DNA of 64,000 nt. It comes from an uncultured Dehalococcoidales bacterium. Its GTDB lineage: Bacteria; Chloroflexota; Dehalococcoidia; Dehalococcoidales; UBA5627. The notes under the pieces are model-generated. The model saw nothing but the letters and a program-made list of their open reading frames with translations, did no database searches and had not been told where the DNA came from. The stretch lies in NCBI GenBank assembly GCA_964399425.1, contig CAYNQR010000004.1, positions 13,076 to 77,075 of the forward strand, read 5' to 3'. Of the stretch, positions 48,689 to 57,917 are shown piece after piece. The stretch's first letter is position 1; each line of letters begins with the position of its first letter. A program made the translations under genes and the position numbers.

Positions 48689-48838
48689 AAATCTCCCTCA
48701 CTCCCTCTTTGCCAAAGAGGGAAATGACTTTCCTGTTTTGTTCTTCCTTTTAAAATGTATAGTACTGATATTACGAATAAATATTTATATCCATGTTAAA
48801 AGCGAGAGGTGTTCTCCCACTTGCGTAAAGGGGGATTT
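48689..48838 (+). mobile_element. MITE-like non-autonomous element, copy J (argG-argH gap)
   Basis: 150 bp. Left end aaatctccctcactccctctttgccaaagagggaaa; right end ttctcccacttgcgtaaagggggattt (imperfect inverted repeat). AT-rich interior collinear with 62924..63084, with the first 42 nt identical. Confidence 0.65.
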
Positions 48839-48912
48839 TAACACGAAGCCCCTTAACCCAACCCAAATTATTATTTCCGCTCATTCCTAGCCTGTCGAAA
48901 GAGAGCGGACTA

Positions 48913-50109
48913 TTAATTCCCTTTTTGAATCTGCCCCTGGATTCTGGCAGGCAGACCCCATAACTTGATAAATCCGACAGCCGCCGACTGGTCGAACTGG
49001 TCGCCTTCGGCATAGGTAGCCAATCCATGGCTGTATAACGAATAGGGTGATTTGCGTCCGACGACGGTACAAGTACCCTTGTGCAGTTTCAGTCGGACGT
49101 CTCCGGTAACGAATCTCTGCGTGCTGTCAATATAGGCGCACAGGTCTTCACGGTGAGCGGAGAACCATAACCCTTCATATACAAGGTTCGACAGTTCTCG
49201 TGAAACCGTTTGTTTAAAGCGGTACTGCGTTTTGGATAGTGTCAGTGTTTCCAGCGATTGATGGGCGGCTAGCAGTATGGTGGCTGCCGGCGCTTCATAG
49301 GTTTCTCTCGATTTAATGCCGACCAGCCTGTTTTCCACCATATCGATTCGGCCGACGCCGTGGTTTCCGCCCAGCTCGTTTAAGAATTTTATCAGCGATA
49401 TGCCGTCCATCTTATTTCCGTTAACGGATTCAGGCAAGCCTCTTTCAAAACCGATTTCAACATACTCCGCTTCATCAGGAGTATCCTTGATGGATTTTGC
49501 CCATACATAAGCATCCTCAGGCGGTTCGTTCCAGGGGTCTTCCAGGACGCCGCACTCGGTGCTCTTGCCCCACAGGTTTTCATCGATGGAATAGGGGCTC
49601 TTGGAAGTTATGGGCAGCGGAATGCCGTATTTGGCAGCATACTGAATCAGTTCTTCGCGGGTCATTCCCCACTCGCGTGCAGGTGCCACGATTTTTAAAT
49701 CGGGAGCCAGTGAATTCACGCCGACATCGAACCTGACCTGGTCGTTGCCTTTGCCGGTGCACCCGTGTGCAATTGCCTTTGCTCCTTCGGCACGCGCCAC
49801 GTCCACAAGTATTTTGGCAATCAAGGGACGCGCCAGAGCGGTAGCCAGCGGATAATGTTCTTCATAAAGCGCATTCGCTTTCAAAGCCGGGAAGATATAA
49901 CCGTTGATAAATTCTTCCCTGGCATCTATTACCTGCGATTTAATTGCGCCTACTTTAATCGCTTTTTCTTTAATTACCGTAAAATCCTTTTCGTTGCCGA
50001 CATCTATCGTAACGGCAATTACATCATATCCGTATTTTTCATGCAGCCACCTGACGGCGACAGATGTGTCCAGCCCGCCGCTGTAAGCCAATACCAGTTT
50101 TTCTGCCAT
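48913..50109 (-). CDS. argG: Argininosuccinate synthase
   Basis: 398 aa. AYSGGLDTSV, GCTGKGNDQVRF, SIDENLWG motifs. Confidence 0.95.
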   Translation of the reverse strand: MAEKLVLAYSGGLDTSVAVRWLHEKYGYDVIAVTIDVGNEKDFTVIKEKAIKVGAIKSQVIDAREEFINGYIFPALKANALYEEHYPLATALARPLIAKILVDVARAEGAKAIAHGCTGKGNDQVRFDVGVNSLAPDLKIVAPAREWGMTREELIQYAAKYGIPLPITSKSPYSIDENLWGKSTECGVLEDPWNEPPEDAYVWAKSIKDTPDEAEYVEIGFERGLPESVNGNKMDGISLIKFLNELGGNHGVGRIDMVENRLVGIKSRETYEAPAATILLAAHQSLETLTLSKTQYRFKQTVSRELSNLVYEGLWFSAHREDLCAYIDSTQRFVTGDVRLKLHKGTCTVVGRKSPYSLYSHGLATYAEGDQFDQSAAVGFIKLWGLPARIQGQIQKGN

Positions 50110-50149
50110 AATAAAACTTCCTCCAAAAATCCGTTGTAGTTATTATATC

Positions 50150-51043
50150 TCAATTTGTACTGAAATACTCGGTTAAAAAGTCGTTAATCTGTAATTTCAG
50201 CCAATCATATTTCCAATCGTAATCATGCCCGGGCGCGCCGATAAACAGCAGGATATCCCCCTCGTATTCCTGGGAAATGCCGCAGGCAGTTTCAAAGTTC
50301 GTCCTGAAAATTGTTATCAGGTCTCCATGGCTGAACGAATCCGGAATAGTGCCGTTGGTTCTGAGCAGCAATACTCTTTCCATGTGGCTGTTGTTGTTCC
50401 ACACCGGAGGCCCCAGTTGAATGCTGTAAACCTGTTCATTATCCGCCAGAAGCGGCATGGCTCCCGAGCAAATAGTACAGCCGTTGCTGATACCCAGCAG
50501 GATTACCTTTAAATGCGGCAGATTATCTGTCAAAAAAGCGGTTCTGGCTGCCAGTTCCTCGGCTCTAGCCGGATTGGTGCTCATTGCCATCATAAACTCG
50601 CCGAGAGCGCCGTAAAAGGTGTTATCCGTTCTTAAATAGTCTATCCACAGCGTCGTATTTCCAAATTCCGTAAGTATTCCGTCGATGCCCGGCGCCAGTT
50701 CCTTTTCGTTGGATTCCGCAATAGCCGACCAGCCCCACCCCCCTGAATTTACGATTATCAGTACGTCTTTCTCCCGCGCCTCTTTATATAACGCCAACAC
50801 CTGACTGATAAAATCAGCGCGTTTTGCCTCGTCTTTTCCGAACAAGTCGGCGGCCCTTCGTTCCGCATCGTCTATTACATCCTGCGGAATACCCGAAAAG
50901 TCATCGATTGCCAGGATCTCATGTTTACCCATCTCGCTGGCCTTTGCCGGAACTACCGTCGAAGGCGTGCACAGGACGATTACCATCGATATGGCTACTA
51001 CTAAAATAATACCTATTTGTAATTTACGCGTCTGAGCTATCAT
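50150..51043 (-). CDS. Membrane-anchored protein of unknown function with GxSxG elbow (possible alpha/beta-hydrolase)
   Basis: N-terminal TM IGIILVVAISMVIVLC; LLGISNGC (G-I-S-N-G); later GAPGHDYDW. Sits between argD and argG. Confidence 0.45.
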   Translation of the reverse strand: MIAQTRKLQIGIILVVAISMVIVLCTPSTVVPAKASEMGKHEILAIDDFSGIPQDVIDDAERRAADLFGKDEAKRADFISQVLALYKEAREKDVLIIVNSGGWGWSAIAESNEKELAPGIDGILTEFGNTTLWIDYLRTDNTFYGALGEFMMAMSTNPARAEELAARTAFLTDNLPHLKVILLGISNGCTICSGAMPLLADNEQVYSIQLGPPVWNNNSHMERVLLLRTNGTIPDSFSHGDLITIFRTNFETACGISQEYEGDILLFIGAPGHDYDWKYDWLKLQINDFLTEYFSTN

Positions 51044-51072
51044 AGATATTTCTTTTAAATATTACTTATACT

Positions 51073-51125
51073 ACCTCACCCCTTTTAGTTCCCCTCTCCG
51101 CCAGCAGAGAGGGGATAGAGGAGAG
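51073..51125 (+). repeat. Family 1 palindromic element, half-length copy
   Basis: acctcaccccttttagtt + cccctctccgccagcagagagggg (51091-51114) + atagaggagag. Confidence 0.75.
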
Positions 51126-51161
51126 TTTTTTGCTCGCCATGAGCATACTAAAGCCTGACAG

Positions 51162-52355
51162 TTATTTGATTTTACAGATATCCGAAAGCACCGCATCCAG
51201 AATGTCCAGAGCTTTATCGATATCGTCACGCCCGATTACAAGCGGCGGCATGAACCTGAGAATGGTGTCGCCGACTTTATTTAACAGCAGTCCGTTCTCA
51301 AGGCATCCCATCAAGACCGGCATCGCTATTTTGTCATCGAACTCTATCGCCTGTAAAAGCCCTCTGCCCCTTGCCTCCGTTATAATCCCGTATTTTTGCT
51401 TCAATTCGTTCAATTTCTTCGACAGATATTGACCGGTTACCTTGGCGTTAAGGGAAACATCGTCATCGACGATGGTCTTAAATACGGCATAACCGGTAGC
51501 GCATGCCAGTGCATTGCCGCCGAAGGTGGAACCGTGTTCTCCCGCTGCAAAAACGGAAGCACTGTTCTTGCATAGAATCGCTCCGATGGGGAAGCCGCCC
51601 GCCAGCCCTTTTGCCAGTGTCATGATATCTGGCTCTACATCGTATTGCTGATAGGCAAAGAGAGTTCCCGTGCGTCCGACCCCGGTCTGAATTTCATCCA
51701 GAATTAAAAGAATTCCTTTTTCATCGCACCATGCCCTGACTTTTTTAAGGTAATCATCATCAGGCAAATGAACGCCGCTTTCACCCTGTATCGGCTCCAT
51801 CATAACAGCGCAGGTTTTATCATTAGTCGCCGCCTTTATGGCATCGATGTTATTGTACTCTACATTAACAAAACCGGACGGAATCGGAATATACGGCTCC
51901 TGGAACTTAGTCTGTCCGCTGGCGGAGACCATCGCCAGCGTCCTGCCGTGAAAAGAGCCGGTGCCGGTGATGACTTCGTAGGCTCCTTTTAGATGGATGT
52001 GCCCGTAGCGGCGCGCCAGCTTGACGGCGCCTTCGGTGGCTTCCGTTCCGCTGTTGCAGATAAATACCTTATCCATGCAGCTGTTTTTAACTAACAGTTC
52101 CGCCAGTTTGAGCTGGGGAATGGTGTAATAAACATTGGAAGTATGCATCAAAGTATTCGCCTGTTCGGTAATGGCTTTTACGACAACCGGATGGCAATGA
52201 CCGAGGCTGTTGACAGCTATACCGGAAACGAAATCGAGATATTCCTTTCCGTTTTCATCCCATACCTTGGCGCCCTGCCCCTTGACCAGAGTGACAGGGA
52301 TTCGTTTGAAAGTGGGCATATAATATTCATGTTCGAGTTGCTGCCAGTTGCTCAT
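51162..52355 (-). CDS. argD: Acetylornithine aminotransferase
   Basis: 397 aa, class III aminotransferase. LDEIQTGVGRTG, PLP-Lys context DIMTLAKGLAGGFPIGA. Confidence 0.9.
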   Translation of the reverse strand: MSNWQQLEHEYYMPTFKRIPVTLVKGQGAKVWDENGKEYLDFVSGIAVNSLGHCHPVVVKAITEQANTLMHTSNVYYTIPQLKLAELLVKNSCMDKVFICNSGTEATEGAVKLARRYGHIHLKGAYEVITGTGSFHGRTLAMVSASGQTKFQEPYIPIPSGFVNVEYNNIDAIKAATNDKTCAVMMEPIQGESGVHLPDDDYLKKVRAWCDEKGILLILDEIQTGVGRTGTLFAYQQYDVEPDIMTLAKGLAGGFPIGAILCKNSASVFAAGEHGSTFGGNALACATGYAVFKTIVDDDVSLNAKVTGQYLSKKLNELKQKYGIITEARGRGLLQAIEFDDKIAMPVLMGCLENGLLLNKVGDTILRFMPPLVIGRDDIDKALDILDAVLSDICKIK

Positions 52356-52366
52356 ATCTTATCTCC

Positions 52367-53170
52367 TTAAGGATTGTAAATCGTTGTGCCGGTTCCGCCT
52401 TGCTCTATTTCTTTAACCAGCGCGTTTTTGCGGTTGCCGTCGATTATTACGCACCTTGTAAGCGGATTCCCGGTGGCTCTCAGGCAGGCCTTGATTTTTG
52501 GTATCATGCCGCCGCTGGCTACACCTGAATCCAGTAACTCCTTTGCTTCCGAAGGATTTAATTTAGACAAATAATTGCCCGAAGCGTCGCGTATGCCGTT
52601 TACATCCGTCATGAAAATCAGTTTCTCGGCTTTTATGGAAGCGGCAATCTCTCCGGCTATGGTGTCTCCGTTTATATTGAGCAATAGAGGGTCATTCTCT
52701 TCCCGGTCGACAGAGTACAGGCTGACAGGCGAAACAACCGGTATAAAACCGGCTTCCAGAATGGCTGTTAATACTTCATGGTTTACTTTAACCGCACTGC
52801 CCACATATCCCAGTTCTTTATTGCGGATTTTACCTTCAATCAAGGCTCCGTCGACGCCGCTGATGCCGACCGCTTTACCGCCGCGCAATATAATAGTGGC
52901 TACAATCTCCTTGTTCATCAGTCCGCCGATAACCGCGGTTACCATATCCAGTTCCGCTTTGCCGGTAATCCGTTCTCCGTGGCTGAACTGAGGCGTGATA
53001 TTCTGTTTTTGCAGCCATTTGTTTACCATATTCGCCCCGCCGTGAATGACCACGATAGGGTAGCCCTGTTTTTGCAGGTAAATAATATCTTCGATAGTGG
53101 TATCCCTGGTATCGAACAGGGAACCACCCAGCTTTATGACGATTGTTTTATTGTCCAGTTTATTTTTCAA
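52367..53170 (-). CDS. argB: Acetylglutamate kinase
   Basis: IVIKLGGS, VVIHGGA, NINGDTIAGEIA, GGMIPKI motifs. Confidence 0.9.
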   Translation of the reverse strand: MKNKLDNKTIVIKLGGSLFDTRDTTIEDIIYLQKQGYPIVVIHGGANMVNKWLQKQNITPQFSHGERITGKAELDMVTAVIGGLMNKEIVATIILRGGKAVGISGVDGALIEGKIRNKELGYVGSAVKVNHEVLTAILEAGFIPVVSPVSLYSVDREENDPLLLNINGDTIAGEIAASIKAEKLIFMTDVNGIRDASGNYLSKLNPSEAKELLDSGVASGGMIPKIKACLRATGNPLTRCVIIDGNRKNALVKEIEQGGTGTTIYNP

Positions 53171-53205
53171 TTAGCGCTCCTTTCCTCAAGAGCTAACATA
53201 ATATT

Positions 53206-54414
53206 TTAAGTGGTATAGTCGGCGTTGATGGAAACATATTCGGCAGTCAGGTCGCAGCCCCAGGCGGTAGCCGAAGCCTTACCCAGGTTGAGATTCAGGT
53301 CTATCACCACCACTTTTTCAGCCATAGCCTTAGATACGTCATCGTTCCTGTTTTGAACTGCCGTTCCTTTCTCTAGCAAGCTGATGCCGCAGATGGATAA
53401 GTCTGTCTTCGCTTCCACCACTTCGGCGCCGCTTCTGCCGGCGGCGGCGATAACACGCCCCCAGTTAGGGTCACAGCCGTGTATGGCTGTTTTTACCAGA
53501 GGGGAGGCGGCAATGGTCCTGGCGCATATTTTAGCCGATGCGACGTCCAGCGCGCCTGTAACATTGACCTCGATCAACTTGCCGGCGCCTTCGCCATCGG
53601 CAGCCACCGCTTTGGCAAGATAGATGCAAACCTCGTTCAAAGCCTCCTGAAAGGCTTCCGATAACTCTATTTTTTTATCAATACTGTCATTATTTGCCAA
53701 TCCGTTTGCCATAACGATCATCGTATCGTTGGTGCTGGTATCGGTATCGACGGAAATCATGTTGAAAGAAACATCGGCGGCTTTTTGCAGCGCCCCGGTA
53801 AGAAAATTCTTATCGACAGCAGCATCCGTTGTAATAAAGCAGAGCATGGTGCCCATATCGGGGTGTATCATGCCGGAACCCTTGGCGACACCGGCAATAG
53901 TGAATTGTCCGCCGTTAACGCTGATTGCCGCTTCCTTGGAAACGGTATCGGTGGTCATTATAGCCCTGGCAAAGTCATGCCCGCCATCTTCTGCCAGCTT
54001 GATATCGTCGATACCTGTTTTAATGATATCCATCGGCAGATTTCTACCGATGACGCCGGTGCTGGCAACCAGCGCCGAAGAAAATTTTACTCCCATCTTT
54101 TTAGCAGCCAGGTCGGTCATTTCGAGGGCGTCTTTCATACCCTGCACGCCCGAAACGGCATTGGCGCAGCCGCTGTTGGCGATAATAACCCTGATATCAT
54201 CGGAAGGGAGTCTATTTTGGCAAACGATTACCGGCGCCGCCTTGATTTTATTCCTCGTAAAGACGCCTGCCGCGGTGCAGGGCGTCCCGGAGTAAATTAT
54301 CCCTAAATCCGGCTTGGTACCTTTTTTCTTGATACCGGCATTAACCGCGCCGGCTTTAAAACCTTTTACCGAGGTAACGGTTCCGTTTTCAATATAGTCG
54401 ATTTTAGTTTTCAT
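53206..54414 (-). CDS. argJ: Bifunctional ornithine acetyltransferase / N-acetylglutamate synthase
   Basis: 402 aa. Autocleavage-site context GTMLCFITTDA, GFKAGAVNAGIKK, NSGCANA. Confidence 0.9.
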   Translation of the reverse strand: MKTKIDYIENGTVTSVKGFKAGAVNAGIKKKGTKPDLGIIYSGTPCTAAGVFTRNKIKAAPVIVCQNRLPSDDIRVIIANSGCANAVSGVQGMKDALEMTDLAAKKMGVKFSSALVASTGVIGRNLPMDIIKTGIDDIKLAEDGGHDFARAIMTTDTVSKEAAISVNGGQFTIAGVAKGSGMIHPDMGTMLCFITTDAAVDKNFLTGALQKAADVSFNMISVDTDTSTNDTMIVMANGLANNDSIDKKIELSEAFQEALNEVCIYLAKAVAADGEGAGKLIEVNVTGALDVASAKICARTIAASPLVKTAIHGCDPNWGRVIAAAGRSGAEVVEAKTDLSICGISLLEKGTAVQNRNDDVSKAMAEKVVVIDLNLNLGKASATAWGCDLTAEYVSINADYTT

Positions 54415-54590
54415 AGAATAAAACTATATCACAATCGTTGTTTATAGGCTAGCGGGATTTATTCCAGTTGAAATAATAGCAAAATTTGGAAACCCCTATG
54501 GTTTTGGTCATGCCCTGTCTCGACTTATCGGGATTTAATCGGGGCTGCGTTTTTATTTATATATGCGAGGCGGGGTAATTAAGTGGCATT

Positions 54591-54632
54591 GTAGGGATTG
54601 CTTCGTCCCGATACATCAGGACTCGCAACGAC
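54591..54632 (+). repeat. Family 6 hairpin module, copy 2
   Basis: gtagggattgcttcgtcccgatacatcaggactcgcaacgac matches the reverse complement of 27914..27955. Confidence 0.7.
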
Positions 54633-54641
54633 GATTTTTTC

Positions 54642-54676
54642 TCATGCTGAGTTCGTGGTTGTCGAACGAAGCATCT
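54642..54676 (+). repeat. Family 5 hairpin module, copy 2
   Basis: tcatgctgagttcgtggttgtcgaacgaagcatct versus 27802..27837. Confidence 0.7.
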
Positions 54677-54702
54677 TGCGTGTGGGGGGGAAGGCTGATG
54701 AA

Positions 54703-56031
54703 TTACTTCCCGTACCGTACCAGCACCTGATAAATAGCATCTGTACCCGAATACAGGGCATTAACCGGTATTCTCTCGTCGGCGGCATGTACCGATTTCA
54801 TAAAGTCGAATCCTTCAGGCAGGTCGATAGGCAGGTAGCCGTAGGTCTGGATACCCAGTTTAGCCAGTTGTTTGGCGTCGGTGGAAGCGCCGATTACAAT
54901 TGGAATGGGGATGCAATCGCGTTCCTTCTGTGTAAGGATATCGGAAAGTATATCGAACAATTTCAGGTCGATATTGCTTTTTACCGCTTCGTACATGGAT
55001 ATCTTTATATCGCAGTCTTTTCCGGCAATCTGCCTGAGTTCGTCTATCAGGTCGTTGTCGCTGAAACCGGGCAGAATTCTGCCGTCCAGGTAGAGCGTAA
55101 CCTCACCCGGAACCACGTTAATCCTTTCGCCGCCCTTGACGATGATGGCATTGACGGTGTTATGCAGCAGCGGGTCGAAGAAGTTGGCGGTCTTATCTCT
55201 TATAATTTCCAGTATTTCATCGGTCTGCGCCGGGTCGAGAAGCCGGTTAAAGTAATCGCTCGATGGAGATGAAAGATGAGAGGCGATAATCTTAATCATC
55301 TTTTCCGTGACGGGAGTGATATGCACCGGCAATCTGTGTTCGTTAAGTGCTACCAGTACTTTACCCATCTTAGACATGGCGCTGTTTCTGACAGGAACCG
55401 AGCCGTGCCCGCCGGGGCCGTGAAAGGTCATCTCGACAGAGCAGTTCTGCTTTTCGGCAACCTGCACCAGGTAAAACTTCTCGCCGTCGATGTACATAGT
55501 ATAGCCGCCGAATTCACTGACGGCGTATTTAACATCCTTGAAGATTTCCGGGTGTTCCTCGACCATAAATTTGGCGCCGTAATTGCCGCCTGTTTCCTCA
55601 TCTGACATGGCACAGAAAATGATATCTCCGGCAGGATGCAGGTTTTCCGCTTTGGCTCTTAAAAGGCAGGAAATCATCATAGCCAGCCCGCACTTCATAT
55701 CCAGAGTGCCGCGTCCCCAGACGTATCCATCGGCAATCGTGCCTTCGAACGGCGGATAAGTCCATTTCTGGTTGGCAGTCGTTACCACATCGGCATGTCC
55801 GTATAAAAGCAGCGGAGGGGCTTCTCCTTTTCCTTTAAGCCTTGTTACCAGGTTGGGGCGTGCGGGATCTTTGGCTATAATAGTAGTTTCGAATCCGGCA
55901 GCGGTCAAAAGGCTGTCGATGTATTCCACTAGCGGAGATTCGTTTCCGGGGGGATTGGTGGTATCGAAACGTATCAGGTTTTGCAGCAATTCTTCGGGGC
56001 GTTTGTAGATTGAGGTATCGATTGAAGGCAT
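54703..56031 (-). CDS. M20-family metallopeptidase (ArgE/DapE/CPG2-like)
   Basis: 442 aa. LLLYGHADVV, GRGTLDMKCG, SDEETGG metal-ligand motifs. Confidence 0.8.
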   Translation of the reverse strand: MPSIDTSIYKRPEELLQNLIRFDTTNPPGNESPLVEYIDSLLTAAGFETTIIAKDPARPNLVTRLKGKGEAPPLLLYGHADVVTTANQKWTYPPFEGTIADGYVWGRGTLDMKCGLAMMISCLLRAKAENLHPAGDIIFCAMSDEETGGNYGAKFMVEEHPEIFKDVKYAVSEFGGYTMYIDGEKFYLVQVAEKQNCSVEMTFHGPGGHGSVPVRNSAMSKMGKVLVALNEHRLPVHITPVTEKMIKIIASHLSSPSSDYFNRLLDPAQTDEILEIIRDKTANFFDPLLHNTVNAIIVKGGERINVVPGEVTLYLDGRILPGFSDNDLIDELRQIAGKDCDIKISMYEAVKSNIDLKLFDILSDILTQKERDCIPIPIVIGASTDAKQLAKLGIQTYGYLPIDLPEGFDFMKSVHAADERIPVNALYSGTDAIYQVLVRYGK

Positions 56032-56176
56032 AGCAACTCCTTTTTGATTTACTGAAAACCGTTTCGGTTATTATACCACGACAGGGGATTGAGACAAGGA
56101 AAGTATTGCTGATTATATCTCCCCACTCAAGACGCTTTGTCCAGATAAATCAGGATTAAACCTTGCCAAATAGAAA

Positions 56177-56243
56177 CCGTAGGGACGGGCATTGCCCGTC
56201 CGCCATGTTCGGATAAGAGCGGGCGACCATTAGTCGCCACTAC
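56177..56243 (+). repeat. Family 3 two-hairpin repeat, copy 2
   Basis: ccgtagggacgggcattgcccgtccgccatgttcggataagagcgggcgaccattagtcgccactac is collinear with 18131..18197. Confidence 0.75.
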
Positions 56244-56506
56244 GAGAAAAATAGCCTGCTGCAACTTATTGCTTATAAATTCGTTATCATAATAGAGAGC
56301 AAGTCATTTTTGTGTAAAAAAATAGGATTATAGCGAATATACTTTAACAGCTTTAATCGTTACATTTAAAACAGTGTTCCATTCAGATTGGAGATTACAT
56401 GCATAAAAAACAGGCAGATATATAGTAATTTAGTACTATTTTCATAAAAATTAGTTAAAAACTGGGTTGTTATTATATAAATATTCATAATTTGTTCATT
56501 ATTGTG

Positions 56507-56515
56507 TGGTATAAT
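56507..56515 (+). promoter_or_regulatory. Candidate extended -10 promoter (TGgTATAAT) for the protease/lipoprotein cluster
   Basis: tggtataat lies in a strongly AT-rich gap, about 190 nt upstream of the ATG at 56703 and about 85 nt upstream of the conserved leader element. Confidence 0.35.
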
Positions 56516-56600
56516 GTTTTGTATATAATAAAGTCGTATACGATAAAAATAGACGATGGTCTGTTGTTGGAATTATGTTTTATATAGAATTGCAAAAATT

Positions 56601-56664
56601 ATACGGAGTATGGCAGGTGGATCTTACAATGTCCTGCCCTTCTGGCACGGGGATTGGGCAGGGA
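56601..56664 (+). promoter_or_regulatory. Conserved 64-nt leader element, copy 2, upstream of the metalloprotease gene
   Basis: 58/64 identical to 991..1054. ATG at 56629 opens MSCPSGTGIGQGYRKKIIKNKEISLC, ending at 56709, which overlaps the protease ATG (56703). Confidence 0.5.
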
Positions 56665-56702
56665 TATCGGAAAAAAATTATAAAAAATAAGGAGATAAGT
56701 TT

Positions 56703-57266
56703 ATGTTAATAAAAAAGCAAATGAACCCTCTCATACAAATATTGATGGGATTGATAATACTGGTTTCTTGCATATTTATACCTGTTGCTCATGTTGATGC
56801 ATGGACATCCATGGGGGCACAATGGTATGTTGAAGAAGTGCAACCCTTGTATTGGCGGGTTAATACTGGTATGGATCTTTACGATTATGCAGCCTTCACA
56901 TATGGCGCATGGTATTGGAATGTGGCCGATACGCCAGTGGAGTTTTACTATGATTTGGATGACTGGTTAATATGGTGTGATACATTCAATGACTCCCAAA
57001 TACCTTTTTACGGTCTTGCCACATGTGTATATGCGAATGGGCATTTTGAATCAGTAACCTTAGCGTTAAATAAGTATTATACTGATAACTTCCCGACTAA
57101 TAAAAAACGTGCTGTCGCTGGCCATGAGTTCGGACATGGAATTGGTTTAGGCCATGAGACTGGTTTGGTATTAATGAATCCTAACATAGATTATACATAT
57201 CTATATGGCATTTATACGCCACAACAAGATGATATCGATGGTGCAAATGCACTGTATGAAGATTAG
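56703..57266 (+). CDS. Secreted minimal matrixin-like (M10) zinc metalloprotease
   Basis: Signal peptide ..ILVSCIFIPVAHVDA. Zinc motif HEFGHGIGLGHE (HExxHxxGxxH), Met-turn LVLMNP, DDIDGANALY. Confidence 0.75.
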   Translation: MLIKKQMNPLIQILMGLIILVSCIFIPVAHVDAWTSMGAQWYVEEVQPLYWRVNTGMDLYDYAAFTYGAWYWNVADTPVEFYYDLDDWLIWCDTFNDSQIPFYGLATCVYANGHFESVTLALNKYYTDNFPTNKKRAVAGHEFGHGIGLGHETGLVLMNPNIDYTYLYGIYTPQQDDIDGANALYED

Positions 57267-57302
57267 AAACAGGAATATATATTCCTGTAAAGGAGATAAG
57301 TT

Positions 57303-57917
57303 ATGAAAATATTTATATCGGTTATAGTAATATCATGCGTTATGCTTCTAGCTCTCTTTGCCGGAGCATGCAATAATGAGCCAAATCAACCCACAGGCAC
57401 GAAGAGTTCGACTACAACCAGTCAATCTATCTTAACAATAGAAGGAAGCGTAGCCGGTTATTATGCAAACATGGCGGAATTAAGCCGCGAAGCCGACCTT
57501 ATTGCTTATGGCGAGATAGATGTCGTAATTGAAGTACAGGAATATCTTATGGCACAGACTGATAGGGGGGATATACTATACTACACTACCGATTTCAATT
57601 TCAGTATAAGTCAGGTCTTGAAGGGAGATGAAATAGAAGAAGCAATAATACACCAACTGGGGGCTTCCGGGAAAATGGTAGTCACCGAAGACCCTTTATT
57701 CGAACAGGGAGAAAAATATGTCCTTTTCCTTCATAAAACCGAATCCGGTGTTTATTATGTGTTGGGAGCGTATCAAGGCAGGTTTAAGGTGGTTGATGGC
57801 ATGGTATTCTCCATGGACAATGTTATCGATGATAAAATCTTTATAAGCCCGGAGATGAATTATAACGGCGTAGATTTAGATGATTTTATCGGAGATATTT
57901 ACAAGGCACTTAAATGA
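57303..57917 (+). CDS. Lipoprotein of unknown function
   Basis: Lipobox LFAGAC after a hydrophobic signal, followed by a Thr/Ser-rich linker (GTKSSTTTSQS). Confidence 0.6.
   Translation: MKIFISVIVISCVMLLALFAGACNNEPNQPTGTKSSTTTSQSILTIEGSVAGYYANMAELSREADLIAYGEIDVVIEVQEYLMAQTDRGDILYYTTDFNFSISQVLKGDEIEEAIIHQLGASGKMVVTEDPLFEQGEKYVLFLHKTESGVYYVLGAYQGRFKVVDGMVFSMDNVIDDKIFISPEMNYNGVDLDDFIGDIYKALK

Noticed and set aside
54598-55272. Long antisense or alternative-frame ORFs inside confident genes. Examples are 54598..55272, 62342..62989, 13115..13930, 53729..54295, 34758..35480, 14285..14776, 2900..3412 and 6053..6505.
   Set aside because: They are shadow ORFs opposite or out of frame to strongly supported conserved genes. 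They have biased low-complexity composition and no motifs.
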